Positions 48,116 to 61,683 of a stretch of DNA of 64,000 nt are shown here, in pieces. The notes under the pieces are model-generated. The model saw nothing but the letters and a program-made list of their open reading frames with translations, made no database searches and was not told the origin of the DNA. The position numbers and the translations under genes were made by a program. Position 1 is the first letter of the stretch. The number at the start of each line of letters is the position of its first letter. The stretch covers positions 32,001 to 96,000 of the forward strand of contig CAVXZB010000073.1 of the NCBI GenBank assembly GCA_963765895.1, given 5' to 3'. This DNA comes from an uncultured Nitrososphaeraceae archaeon. GTDB lineage: Archaea > Thermoproteota > Nitrososphaeria > Nitrososphaerales > Nitrososphaeraceae.

Positions 48116-49248
48116 GCAGTTCTGTAGAACAGTACAAGATAATACTTGGAAATAGAACAGCTAACGATGAAGAATTAGATGCAGTATCAGACATCACTAT
48201 TGAACAAGCTGCAGACATGATTTGGGAAGCAACAATAAGTCTATCAATAAATGTGGATGAAGAAGGTATTTGGAATATTAATGATAAGGACTTTACAGAT
48301 CCACAGTTTCGTGCAAGGATCGAAGTTAGGTCGAAAAGCAATTCCTTTGTACCATTGATCGACGGACCCATAGTCTATAGTGATACAGATCTTAGATCGG
48401 AGCCAGGACAGAGCTCCATGAAGCTAGTAGTTAACGACGATAGCATATTACTCAACAAAGACGAAGAAATTCTGCAGTTCACAAACAAGAAGGATAGCGA
48501 TATAGCTAAAGAGATCTATGAGCGTGCATTTGGTGCTAATACTGGGCATCAAATTGAAAAGACCACAGCTCCCGTAGATACGATCAATTTTCGCGGCACC
48601 TCAATGCAACTCTTGCACAAGCTGGCTGCAAGAAATGAAATGTATGCATACGTCCTGCCGGGCAGTGAACCATGCAAAAGCATAGGTTGCTTTAACACTC
48701 AACAACCGATAGTTCCAGCTGACTTGATATTACTTGGTGAGAAACGAAACATTGAGAGTTTAAACGTGAAAGTAAATTCTCTAAAACCAACAAAAGAGAA
48801 AAATAGCAATATTAATCCCAAGAATAGTAACATAGAATCGCAGGTTTATGCTCCCAATTATACTACATCAGAGCTTTTAGGAGATAGACCAATTATTCAG
48901 GATGACAGGACGATATCTTCTAATGTAATTCGTCTATCCCAGAGGCTATTTCATCCTACCTCTGGTTTTTTATGTAATACAGAACAATCAGCAATAGCGC
49001 GGACAAAAAAATCAGGCTATTCGGTTGAAGCCACAGGAGAACTCATAGAAATTTGCGAATATCCTGATATCCTCATGCCCTATGAATATGTTACAGTAAA
49101 GGCTGGTAATTCCAGTCATAGTGGGAAATACTTCATTACAAAAGCTACTCACAAGTTAACGCCTTCCAGCCACACACAATCTTTTACGCTTATACGTAAT
49201 GCTTATTCCAACACCTCTAAATCTGACAATGAGGAGATAATTGCTTAA
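48112..49248 (+). CDS. Baseplate hub (phage late control D / VgrG gp27-like)
   Basis: LIDGPIV, DDSILLNKDE, DSDIA, LHKLAARN, ATGEL and SGKYFITKATHKL. Confidence 0.85.
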   Translation: MSSSVEQYKIILGNRTANDEELDAVSDITIEQAADMIWEATISLSINVDEEGIWNINDKDFTDPQFRARIEVRSKSNSFVPLIDGPIVYSDTDLRSEPGQSSMKLVVNDDSILLNKDEEILQFTNKKDSDIAKEIYERAFGANTGHQIEKTTAPVDTINFRGTSMQLLHKLAARNEMYAYVLPGSEPCKSIGCFNTQQPIVPADLILLGEKRNIESLNVKVNSLKPTKEKNSNINPKNSNIESQVYAPNYTTSELLGDRPIIQDDRTISSNVIRLSQRLFHPTSGFLCNTEQSAIARTKKSGYSVEATGELIEICEYPDILMPYEYVTVKAGNSSHSGKYFITKATHKLTPSSHTQSFTLIRNAYSNTSKSDNEEIIA

Positions 49249-49788
49249 TGTTAGATCAAGATACCGAAAAACAAATTGTTTCGCTTAGTGAAGCAATAGA
49301 ATCTAGGTTTTATGGGAAGGTACAGAGGCATAGTAACCAAAGTTGGATCTACCCGTGATGATCTGGGTGTTATATCGGTAAAAATTCCTGACGTTTTTCA
49401 TGATGCTGAGATACCATTGACCAACCCAGCTTTCCAGTTTGCAGGTAATGGTTGGGGGTTTGCTGCGTTTCCAAAAAAAGATGATGGAGTATGGATAGAA
49501 TTCGAAGAAGGAAATCAGTGCAAACCTATCTGGACAGGAGGCTATTGGTTTACAAAAGATGAGATACCAAAGTCGCTTGACTGGAATACCATTTCTATAG
49601 TGTCTAGATTTGGACATAAAATTATCATGGATGATAAGAACAAAATATTATCTCTAGTTCATGCCAACGGACCTGAAATTGATCTAACCAATGATAAAAT
49701 TATTTTCAGAGTTGGGAACACCGAAATGGTAATCTCTGACAACGGACTACATGTAAATAATACATTGTTTGAGGTGAAAACGAAATAG
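49248..49788 (+). CDS. Baseplate spike (gpV / gp5 OB-fold), frameshift near 49315
   Basis: RFYG/RYRGIV, VKIPDVF, GFAAFP, VWIEFEEGN..KPIWTG and GHKIIMDD. Confidence 0.92.
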
Positions 49789-49887
49789 ACATCGATATAG
49801 AAATCTATACCGAGAATGATCGCTATTTAAAAGAGATATTGGGCATGTATTCAAATCTAAAAAGAAGTGGTGGTGTTACTATGAATT

Positions 49888-50200
49888 ATGGCAGAAATTC
49901 TTACTACATCAAGTGAGGTAAGATGTCCACACGGTGCTGGTGGAAGAGCAATTTTGACCTCAACGAACACTAGAATATCTACCAACGGTAAAAGATTACT
50001 ACTAGAGTCAGATATTCATTCTATCCAGCCAGGCTGTCCACTACATACTCCTTGTACATTTATCATTTGGACAAAAAGGCAGCAAGACTTTAAAATACAA
50101 CGGCGTTGCATTACTTACGAGTGAAAGCAAAGGAATCTGTATGCCGTCTCAGGATTATGCCATAATTTCTGCTCAACAGACAGTGATATCAAATGGTTAG
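49888..50200 (+). CDS. PAAR-like spike tip protein (Cys/His type), frameshifted
   Basis: VRCPHG, GCP..TPC..IIW, then NGVALLTSESKGIC in the next frame. Confidence 0.75.
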
Positions 50201-50585
50201 TGGTTCAGGCAGTCATTTAGCATTTCCGTTTAGGATATCACAAAAAGGATGCATAGAACAAGTTTCCTCAGTTGAAGAACATGTAAAACAGGAATTGATA
50301 CAGCTAGTTCTTACTGACAATGGAGAGAGATTGTTTTTGCCTGAATTTGGAGGTGGCGCACGCGCATTTGTTTTCAAAAACGTCGATGCCGCTACTTCGA
50401 GCATTGCAAAGTCAGCTCTAATGCAGGCAATTTCTAAATGGCTTGGTCACAGGTTAGTTATTGAGGATTTAGAGGTATCAGCAGTACAAGAAGGACAAGG
50501 AGAAAATCTTAATATTATCATCAATTACCACATAGCAGGAACAGAAGATACAAGAGAAGTAATGTTTCAACGCAAGGGTGAATAG
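50193..50585 (+). CDS. gp25/GpW-like baseplate protein
   Basis: LAFPFRI, QLVLTDNGERLFLPEFGGG and AISKWL. Confidence 0.92.
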   Translation: MVSGSGSHLAFPFRISQKGCIEQVSSVEEHVKQELIQLVLTDNGERLFLPEFGGGARAFVFKNVDAATSSIAKSALMQAISKWLGHRLVIEDLEVSAVQEGQGENLNIIINYHIAGTEDTREVMFQRKGE

Positions 50586-50590
50586 CTTTA

Positions 50591-53094
50591 TTGTCAATTA
50601 TCATAGACGAGGAAAAATTAAAAGATAGAGCACGTAGCCTCAAGAATTTAGGACTTAACGGTATAGAATTTGTGATTGTAATACTTGAGGATACACCTAT
50701 TCCTTCAAAAGCATTTCTTGAACTCCATTTCTATAACAATAATGAGCTTGACAATATACTAACTGAAAGTCCTCAAAATCTAGTCAATATATTCCCTATC
50801 TCTGGAGGTAGCAGGATCTCTGGCTGGTCCCAATCCTGGCCAAGTGAAGGTCACAGGGGTCGAAGGCAGTTCTGGAAATAACTTCTTGACCCTTGTTGTG
50901 TCTCCTGTGGGAGATTATTCTACCTATCAATTATCTGTAAATTATAATAATATTGATCCCCACTTGTCATTTAGCCGTATCGACTTCAAGTTCAGACCTA
51001 GTTGTTTTAATATGGATTGCAGACCAGAATGGGAATCAATAACACAGATAGATAAAGAACCAATAATAGATTATCTTGCCAAGGACTACGATTCATTTAA
51101 ACACACAATGATTGCCTCGATGATGCAGAGAGTGCCTAATTGGATGCCGACCAGCGAAGCTGATCAGGATATGGTAATTTTAGAGTTGCTAAGCGCGGTT
51201 GCTGACCAACTTAGTGATTACCAAGATAGAGTGATGAATGAGGCCTTTCTACTTACAGCTAAAAAGAGAGTCTCGCTTGCAGGACATGCCAGACTTATGA
51301 ACTATTTTATTAATCAAGGAAATCAAGCACACACATATCTTGCTTTGAATGTGAATCAGGAGTTTGAATTAGATGGACTCTTTAAAGTCTGGGCTGGAGG
51401 CGCAGCTAGGGATCAATCCTCAATAGTGTTTAGTGGTCCTCCATCTATCCTCTTTAACAATAAAGATGGTAATCAAAACAACAACAATAATCCACATTTC
51501 TACCCTGAACTTAACAACATTAAACTATACACGTGGAGCGATTCTGTAGCAGGACTGCAAGCAGGTGCAAGGTCAGCAGATCTGATACTAAAAAAAGGTG
51601 ATGGTGTAACCGATTTGACACAAGCTGAGGCTGACACTTTTAAAAATAATATCAACCAAGGGCTAACTCCATACTTATTAATCCAGGCTGGGCATCCATC
51701 ACAACCACAATCACAAAACCAGGAAAGTGACAGATTGAAGGATAAAAGACAGTTATTAAGCTTAATCCAAGCTCAAGTCATATTTGATCCTGCAACCGCG
51801 AAGAATGTACTTCGAATATGGTGGAAGGACGATTTAGATTTTAATATTTGTACTAATATTGACCTGTTTCATGGAAACATAATGCAGGTATACTATGGCG
51901 AGAAGACGCCCACCATAGGGGATGCAGAAATAGATCCAAATTTAATGCCAGTTACCTTTAAGGAAAAAGAAACAAACCCAAAACTAGGTGAAAATGAATT
52001 CTATTACGAAAGGACCCATTGGGGAACTATATGCAAGATTCCCGACCTGCTGCTCTATATGGAAACTCCTTTAGGGGGAGAGATTCCAGCAATCACAACT
52101 CTTTCAGATGTTACAGTTGTTACGATTGGCGATAATAACACTAACAACATTAAGGTTCAAGAACGGTGGAGAGAGAGTCCTGATTTAATTCATAGGACTA
52201 GTCTAGACAAGAACTATATGGTAGAGACAGATGAGGATGGGACTAGCAATGTAAGATTTGGCAATGGTGTAAATGGCATGAATCTCCCAGATGGTGCCAC
52301 CGTTATCTGCTCCTACATGAAAGGGCCCTTATCAGGCATTGCGGGCAATATTGGTGCAGATACGCTAAGAAATTATGACGAACAAGATTCAATAGGTAGC
52401 AAAATTGATGGCTGCTGGAACCCATTTGATGTTACCAGTGGCAGAGAAATGGAAGCCGTTTCACAGATCATACGTCGAGTCCCAGAAGCATATAAATCAC
52501 ATCAGCGGCGAGCAATAACGCTTCAGGATTATGTTGATAGAGTTGAAGAAGTTTCAGGAGTTTCTAAAGCTTCAGCTGAGTATCAATGGACAGGAAGTTG
52601 GAGAACAGTTAGAGTAAGTATTGATCCGCAAGGGGGTGTTGAATTAGATGACAAACTAAGAAAAGAAATAGCATCTCACTTGAATGCAACAAAGCTCCTT
52701 GGTGAGGACTTCGAAATCCGGAAGGCGCATTATGTTCCACTAGAAATTGAAGTGATTTGTTGTGTGGATCAAGATCATTGGGTTGAAGATTTGAAGTATA
52801 TTGTAGAACAGGAATTCTCAACAGGCTATACCCCAGATGGAAGACCATCGTTCTTCAATCCTGACATGTGGACCTTTGGTCAGAGCATACATCGTAGCCA
52901 GGTAATAGGCAGAGTAGAATCCATCACGGGAATTGATCATGTGGTTGGATTAATCATGAAAAAATGGGGCCGAGTCCAAAGCACAGAAAATTTCATAAAA
53001 ATAGAAGCAAACGAAATAGTAACAGGTAGAAAACGACCATGATTGCCTGGAGAAAGGTTCCATCCACTTTATACTTAAAGGAGGAAGGGGATAA
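50591..53094 (+). CDS. Baseplate J / gp6-like protein 1, frameshifted
   Basis: LNGIEFV, GDYSTY, IDYLAKDYDSF, SDYQDRVMNEAFLLTA, VRFGNGVNG and QRRAITLQDY. Confidence 0.92.
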
Positions 53095-53182
53095 CAAGAA
53101 GAAATGACGATAACTGCAATGGTGATGATCATGGTGTCAATAGCACTGGTGATCATGGTGTAGTGGTAGTGATGATTAACAT

Positions 53183-55956
53183 ATGATTATAAAGGACAAA
53201 GAAAATTGTGATGAGGAATTTAGGTTTTCAATGAAGATCTATAATCGCCCTGGTCTTGATCAAATCAGCTATCGAATTGGACGGTACTCTGACTTTAGAA
53301 AATATGTATTAAATGGGCTTTACCGAAGTAAGGAACTTACAGGCTGGACTCATCATTCACCTGACGACCCAGCATTTGCTCTTTTAGAAGGAGCTTGCAT
53401 TCTAAGTGACATACTGACTTTTTATCAGCAACTATACGCTAATGAGGCATATCTTAGAACTGCAAAGGAAAAAGAGAGCATCTCAGATTTAGTTATCCTG
53501 ACAGGATATCAACTTTCACCGGGATTGGGCGGTTCAGCTACCTTTGCAGTAACAAGTAAAAGGTGACAACCCAGTTATTCTTCCGTCTAATCTCCCTATT
53601 AAAGCAGAGATAGAGGGAATGGATCAAGCCGTTATATTTGAGACCACAGATGAATCTATTTGCTATCCAAGTTTAAACAAATTTCAGCTATGGTCTCCAT
53701 TCTTTCATCCAGAGCTGCCTTCGCAAATTAATCAGGATACAACTGAATTCTATATCGACGCTCTAGCAACAGATCTCAACGAAGTTCCTGAGATTAAAAG
53801 TGGTGATAGGATACTGATAGGGGATATATTAGAGACTGATCCTATTTCTGACCGCCGGCTTGTACGCAATACTGAAATAATACTAGTAGATGTCGTAAAA
53901 CATATTCGAGGAAGACTAGTATTTACTATAAAAGGTAAATTAAAACGCAAAAATGAATCGGATTCTATGTTGGCATTCAAGATCAATGACGCATACAGAC
54001 ATTTTGGATATAATGCACCTAAGAGTATCACAGTGAATGCTAGTGGACAGGTTACAGAGGAAGACACAATATTCATAGACTCTGTAAAGGGAAAAACAGA
54101 TTTTCCGCTTGATTCAGATGTAGAGGATATGACTTTTGGGACCACAGTTCTTGTCCAGGGATTTTTCTATCCAGATGAGGAAGATGATCCCGCGATAAAT
54201 GCTATGGCCGCTGGCACATCGAATCAGTTTGAAGGTGCCCTTCCTGCTGTTCCACATTTTGCTTCAAATTTCGTTAGTCAGGAAAACCGAGTAAGATTGA
54301 CTGTCATGCGACAAGTCATAGATACATATCCATGCTCTGCTACGCGAGGATCATTTACTGGTCCTGCACATTTTATAATGCTTGATGAAGAACTAGCCAC
54401 CAAACTTGGGCCAAAGCATTATTCTAAAATTGATATTTCTAGTACTGAGTTTTTTGAGGTTACTGGGCCAAAGTTAGTTCTAAGGTCGACTAGAAAATCG
54501 TTGCCTGACGAAAAAGGATCAATATTTTATTTCTATGGTATTGATAAAGATACAGTAGGTAAGCTTGTAGGCAGAAAACTGACAATCGTTACTAGTGATA
54601 AGGGGCCCATAAACGCTACAGGTACTTTCTTGTCCTGTGTCTGGGCTTCCAGATTCTTTAGAGTTAGATAAGGAACTGGAGTATGCAGATTTTCCAAATG
54701 AAGATGAGGCAGAAGAAGAAAAAGCCGAATCTAAAACACAAGTATTTGGAAATCTTGTAGCTGCAGAACAGGGAGCGCACCAGGAGGAAATTCTAGAACC
54801 AGGAGATGAAACACAGAAGTTCCAGACCTTTAAGCTATCCAAGTCTCCTCTAACTTATTTCAATTCTTCAAAAGATACACCTCCAGAGGTTCCAAGATTG
54901 GAGGTATATGTTGATAATTTGTTATGGAAGCGAGTTCCATCTTTTTTTGACAAGAAATCTGATGATCACATTTACGTTGTCCGTCAGGACAGAAACGGAA
55001 ATAGTTGGATACAGTTTGGAGACGGGAATACAGGTCGCAGGCTTCCAACTGGACTCGGAAATATTTTGGCAAGGTACAACACTGGAGCTGGTGCTAGTGG
55101 AAAACTAAAATCAGATACGACAATAAAGCCTCTTGAAAATACGGATCTAATCGATGAAATAGATCTATATGATAAGGTCTCAGGAGGGACTGATCGTGAG
55201 AATGCAGATAAGGCCAAGGAATCGGCTCCAGGCAAAATACAGTGCCTTGGTCGAATAGTGAGCCTCAGAGACTATGAGACTGAAACGCTATCACTGGCAG
55301 GAGTAATTAAAGCATCTGCTAGTCTGGTACTAAGACAGGGAACTCCCACAATTGTAGTCATGGTGCTACAAAGTGAAGATCAGGGAGGGGATGAAGAGCA
55401 AGCAGTTGTTCAGGAGGATATTCAAAGAATCCTTCTGGATTATGATAAGTGTCGTGGTATGCAGAGATTTCCTATCGAAATTCTAATGGCTAGTTTCAAA
55501 TACATATATGTTGAAGCAGTCTATGCGTTAGATCCTATCTATCAAAAAGATATAGTTGAACAACAAATACAAGATGCATTAGGTGTATACAGAAAAGATG
55601 GAATGCAACAAAAAGGAGATGATTCCGGAGGAGGATCAGGAACAGCATTAGGAACAGAAACAGAATCAGGAAAAGGATTGTTCTCAGTTAAGATACAAAA
55701 ATTTGGCCAAGCAGAATATGCTACTACAATAGAAGGTGCGATACAAAGTGTTGAAGGTGTAATATGGACTGAGGTCAAGGCCCTATATCCTCTAGGGGTT
55801 ACAGATGAACCAGACGATCTAGTAGTTCCAACTACATCAGTATTGAATCCAAGTGTTTCTTGTGATAATGTGAGCCAAGTCCTTAGATTATACTACCTGC
55901 ATCTGAAATTAAACGATATCCCAGCCGACTCAATTAAGAAGGAGTGTGTTACTTAG
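53183..55956 (+). CDS. Baseplate J / gp6-like protein 2, two frameshifts
   Basis: NRPGLDQISYRIG, DILTFYQQLYANEAYLRTA, QFGDGNTGRRLPTG and GRIVSLRDYE. Confidence 0.9.
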
Positions 55957-56002
55957 TTAGCTTGTTGGTCATAGTCTATAATTGTGAGGGAAGCAAAATT
56001 AT

Positions 56003-58410
56003 TTGACAAACGATAAGCGAGTCAGACTATACAATCATCTGCCTGAGATCTACAGGATAAAAGACGGAGAGCAGGAACCGCCGGGGCAGCTTAAGAGTTA
56101 TCTTGGTTTAGTCGAAAATATATTTGATAAAATCCATTTCGATATAGAGTCGCTTTATCATAATCTGTTTATTGACACTTGCGACGATTGGGTTATTCCA
56201 TATATTGGCGATCTCCTTGGTACCACTCACCTAAGCGGAGACCCTTGGACTCTTCGTGCAGACGTTGCCGATACTATAGTTTTGAGAAAATATAAGGGTA
56301 CACTTCTTGCAATTGAGCGCTTGACATACGACCTGACTCAATGGGGAGTTCATTGTGTTGAATTAAGAGAGAATCTGCTTTGGCATCAGAATCTCAATCA
56401 TCAACGACCTGATGTAGAGCCTAATTATCTTGATGGTCCTGCAGTTGTCTATACGAGTGGTCCCATAAGAGGCGGAACGGTCAATCTGAGGGATCCAGCC
56501 GTTCTTGCCCTGCTTAAATCACCGTTTGATGGCTTTTCATACTCTCCTGACTTCAGATCAGACACCTTTGGTGCGATTAGATATAATCTACCCAATTTAG
56601 CCATATTTCTGTGGACGCTGCCACGCATATCAAGTGAAACTATCACAACCCTCCTTACTTACCGCAGCCATAAATCCAATTCCAAATCCATCAAACGATG
56701 ATGCACCATTCATAGTCCGAGTCACTATTAGTCCAACAGGTGCGCCGCTTGTATTGTTTAATACCCATAGATTCAATTTTGAAGCTCGGCAACCTTTACT
56801 TCCAATAGATACTGTAACTGAAGTGGACAGAACCCCTAATCCTATACCAAGAGCTAGGCTTTGCAAAAGCTCGCCAGCTGGTAATCCCAATGAATATGTG
56901 GCATTGAATACATACAAAAAAAGTGTCGCTGACATTTCAGCATTTGAAGCTGAAATAAGCAGAGTTGGACTTCAATTCCACTTTCCACTATCTGATTTTG
57001 CAGGTGAGGATTTCACTCAATGGTCAATTAGAGGTGAAAATCTCTGCGCTTGGGAGCAAGGGATTACCCCACCACTGAAAAATAGACAGATTGCAATCGA
57101 TCCAGTTATATGCCAAGCAATAATAGGTATCGATACCCTTGCTAAGCAACAATCTCTGCTAGAGAACCTTCTTGTAACACACACATATGGCTCAGTAGGA
57201 CCGGTTGGGGCTCATCCTATATCTAGGTCAGTTATTCCAAGAGAGTGGAGAAATCCTGGTCAGACAACAGTTGAATTCAAACAAGTAAATTACCACCGAG
57301 ATCCTAATGAATTGCAGCTCGGCCTAAATGATATACAGAATTTTCACAAACCAGTCATCATAGAAATTCAAGACAGTATGACCCACGTTTTGGACTTGAC
57401 TCAGGTCTTAGGGACAGTAATTGAGGATGGAGGCCACAACCTTAGATTGAGTGATATGCTTGTGATAAGAGCGGCAGATGACGAACGACCTGTAATCAAA
57501 CTTGTTAATCCACTAAGATTTCGGCCCACAAATGTAAACGGCGGTACACCAGATGAGCAGAATGAATTCAATAAATCTATGTCTCGCACTACTGTAATAC
57601 TGGAAGGATTGTATATCACTAGAGATGCCAGCTTCCCTGATTCTGAACCATTAATTGCTCGGGCTGCAATTAACAGTTTGGAGATAAGGGGATGTACTCT
57701 TGAGCCAGGAGGAAATTTGATGCTTAATGGAGATCGTGCTCCAATCAAGACATCAATTGACTTGAAGATTCCATATGGCTTTGCAGATGCTGCCAGAAGA
57801 AGATGCGTTTAATCAGGTACCTCTAGTTAGCTTGGAGAGGACTATTTCAGGACCAATCTTTATAGACCAAGGTTATCTCCTTCTTAAACTCATAAACACT
57901 ATAATAGACGCAGGGGCAGGAACTGGTCCTGAGCCTATATTGGCCGAGTCAAAGTTTGCTGTATCAGGTCGGAGTTCAGACCCGTCCCATTCATGGAGTT
58001 CCCCTATTGAGGTTCAGGGTTTAACTGTTTTTGGAAGGACGAGATCAAAAAAAGTTGAAGGCGATTCCATGGGAGGGATTTGGGTTCATTCCCTGGAAAT
58101 ATTAGACAATCAGGACGGATGTATAAAACTTAGCTACTTTTCTGGCAATGGAGATAGACTACCTATGCACTCCGAATGTTTGACTGGAAATGAAGGCAAG
58201 CTGTTATTTGAAAGTGAGATTTTTTTAAATCCATCTTATGGTAAGTTATCCAATTTGGCAGATTTTCGAATTCGCGAGCGGGGACCTAATGATGATGCTA
58301 TGGGTGCATTTGGATTCTTATTTGATGCACACAAATGGCGTAACCTATCTATTCGCTACCGAGAATTTATGCCAGTAGGTTTAAGACCTATCCTCCTGCA
58401 AGTTACTTGA
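56003..58410 (+). CDS. Baseplate wedge / tail protein (P2 gpI, Afp12-like), two frameshifts
   Basis: LYNHLPEIYRIKD, FIDTCDDWVIPYIGDLLG, RADVADT...KGT, MGAF and EFMPVG. Confidence 0.88.
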
Positions 58411-58423
58411 GAATAATTTGGTA

Positions 58424-61400
58424 ATGGGCGATTTCTCTCGCTGTATAAAATATAAACCATGTGACAATTTTAACGCCGTTATCTATCAGCAAGGAAGAGT
58501 TTTATCCGATGCTGATGGGACCACAAATGCAAGGCTTGATAACGACTGGCATAATGTTGCAGCAGGAGATATTATCGGGAAAGGAGTTGCTGCCAATCCC
58601 TGCGCATGAGCCCAATTCATTTAAGGTGTTATCAGCGACAGTAGATACAAGTCAACCACAGCAACAACAACAAGAAAGAATACTTATTGATATTGAATCA
58701 GGAAGAGCATGGGTTGATGGCATGATAGTATACCTATGTGACAATGACTCTGCTCAAGTCACAAGACTAGCTTCATATCTTGGTCCCCCATTTTATAACG
58801 TGCCTACACCACCACAAATAGACACAGGTGTAAAAGACGCAGTTATTTTAGAGGTTTCTCAGGATGCGGTAAATGCATTTCAATTGCCTAACCAATTATT
58901 AGAGCCAGCTCTTGGAGGCCCAGACACAACTGAAATGTTGCATACTTCCTTTGCTTTTCGTTTGCTAAGACTGACGCAAGACGACAACTGCTCGACGATA
59001 ACAGGTAAGCTTGAGGACAAGTTGTCAGATAGGGGGCGTTTGACCGTTTCTTTGCAAAGAAGTTTCACTACGGGAGGTGAGTGTCCAGTGGACGAAAATT
59101 ATGGTTACACTGGCCTTACACATAATCTGTACCGAATAGAAATTGCAGATATTAATAATAACAGCGGACCAGCAAAATTCAAATGTTCCCAATTTAATGG
59201 TGGTCTTGTAGGAAGAGGAAAATATGCTGACCCATCAAGATCTGAAGTAATAATTACACATAACAGACAGGCTATTCTATGGTCGGGACTAACAGAATTT
59301 TATTTCGAAATTGTCAGATATGATAAGGAAGAAGGACATTGGAAAGTGATTCACGGCACTAATGCTACATTTGATAGTGACAGAAGTAAATTAATTTTGT
59401 CATCAACACCTGTATTTGGCAATGTGCCACCTCCGCCAGAAGAGATAGATCTAGATCATCCGGATGGAAATGGATTATTCTTTAGATTATGGAATGGCAT
59501 TAGAGATATTGATGCGTTTACCGTTGATTCTCCTCCAGCAACCCTCATCGATGGAATACGCCTGAAATTTGATCTTCCCACAACGTCAAATTACCGACCA
59601 CAAGATTACTGGATGTTTCAGGTCAGAGCCGGTGGACTTGAAAATGATGAGATATTAATTGATAACTTGCCTCCGCATGGAATTAAATATCATAGGGTTC
59701 CACTGGCGATAATCCAATGGAATGTACAAGGAGGTGCTCCACCCGCAGCGTCAGTAATTGAAGATTGTAGAATAGTGTTTCCACCGCTTATCACGGGTAA
59801 AGACTGTAGTGGCGGCTGCTCGCTCTATTCTGGTCGGAGACGGAAAATCAAGCCATGGTGACTATAATTTACTACAGGATGCTATTAATAGCATAGGACA
59901 AATGGGTGGGGAGATATGTCTCTTGCCAGGAGAACATCGTGCGAATGTAATAATTAAAGACAATAATGATCTAGTGATAAGAGGATGTGGAAGTACAACA
60001 AAATTAGTAAACAACGAAGGTAAATCACCCATCATCACAATTATTAATTCAACTAATATTACGATTGAGGAAATTGAATTTCAAGCTAGGGCAGCGGTAG
60101 CTATTCGTTTAGAAGGAACTGTCGGGCAGGGTAATTCCTCTTCTTCTCATGTTGAAAAGATAAAGATTCGAGATAACACAATAAGGTCAACAGAAAATCC
60201 TAAATTAACTAAGGCTATAATTGAAGTAATTAATGGAATAAGCGTAGATATATGTAATAATAATTTATTTATACAAGAAGGCGCTGGCGCTGAGACTGGA
60301 ATATATCTTCTGGGAAAGGAAATTCTTGTTTCAAGGAACACAATTTCACTTGTTGGTACTATTACTAAAAGTGTCGACGCTGGTGGTGGCCTTCAAATTG
60401 GAAATGGATCTACAAATATTTCTATAGTGCATAATAAGATTGAAGGAGGCAATGGTAATGGGATAACCATTGGTGATCCAATAAAACCTGGTGTAAACTC
60501 GTCATTCATTTATCAAATTAGTATTAACAATAACGAAATTTCAGATATGGGTTTGTCAGGGATAGGACTTCCCAGATTGCTTCCAAATGGCCAAGTTGAA
60601 AATGACTCTACTCTTTTACTAGGAACACCGATTTTAGATATGCAGATTTGTGAGAACCGCATCTCCAACTGTCTTAGAATGCCTTTTGATGAAACCATGA
60701 TAAAAGAGACCACTCTATCCTGGCGAGGCATGCCATGTAGGGGGTTTGGCGGTATCTTATTAAGCTGGTGCGAGAAAATTACTATCAAAGATAACAGAAT
60801 AGAAAGTAATGGAAGACAGCATGTCGATCCAGTCTGTGGTATCTTTGTGTTTTATGTTTCTGAGGCACGAATAGCACAAAATTATATTTTTGATAATGGA
60901 CCGATAGGACAAAACGAATCACTTAAGGCTGGGCCAAGGGGTGGTATAGTAATAATCTTTAGTACTGGAAGAAATATTGCTTCCAGCGAGGGTCTGTTTG
61001 GTGAGAATTATGCCGCACGTGTACATGACAATGTGGTAAGTCAGCCAGCTGGAAGGGCTCTACTATTAGGCGCGCAAGGGATGGTTTCAGTCGTAGATAA
61101 CTACTTTAATAGTGAATTGAGCGATGTTACTGTTATTAGTGAATCATTTCCTTCTCTGAAAGGAGTTCAGGGGGCATGTGTGTCAATATTCAATCCTGTA
61201 ACAAACGTTAGTGTTGCACATGCAGAAACACAGGTAATGGCAATTGGTGTCCCTCCGTTGATTGGCGGTACCATATTTGAAAACAACCAATCAAGACTAG
61301 GACAAGCTAATACTTCACTTTTATCTCACTACATAGTCACTGAATCTGATCTGTGTTTTGGACACAACCAGGTTAATTGCGTAAATGCTGCCATTCGCTT

Positions 61401-61683
61401 CAACACTTTTTTGCATTCGGCCACACTGAGAGCTTGTGATAACCGTCTTAGGGAAACAATGATACAAAGAGGGATATCACCAGTATCACTATATTCAATT
61501 GCCATTGACATGAATAACACCTCAAACAACCAGGGTGATCACTGCATAGTAGCTTTGGGCAGCTCAGCTTCTTCTATTCCAGTAGTTAAAACTGGGAACC
61601 AAGTGTTAAATCCCTTAGGTTGCGAACAGCTACACGAGAATATATCTTCTAAAGCATCGGAGGTTCTTAGATCATATGAGTGA
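58424..61683 (+). CDS. DUF6519 tail-fibre-like protein with right-handed beta-helix, two frameshifts
   Basis: MGDFSR...QQGRVLSDAD, GRAWVDG, EPALGGPDTT, NLYRIEI, DYWMF, LQDAIN...GGEICLLPGEH, then repeated I.I..N.I turns. Confidence 0.88.

Noticed and set aside
53095-53182. 19-aa hydrophobic mini-ORF (MTITAMVMIMVSIALVIMV) as a holin or membrane anchor
   Set aside because: It arises from a GGTGATCATGGTG duplication and is more likely a frameshifted D/H/G-rich N-terminus of the next baseplate gene.
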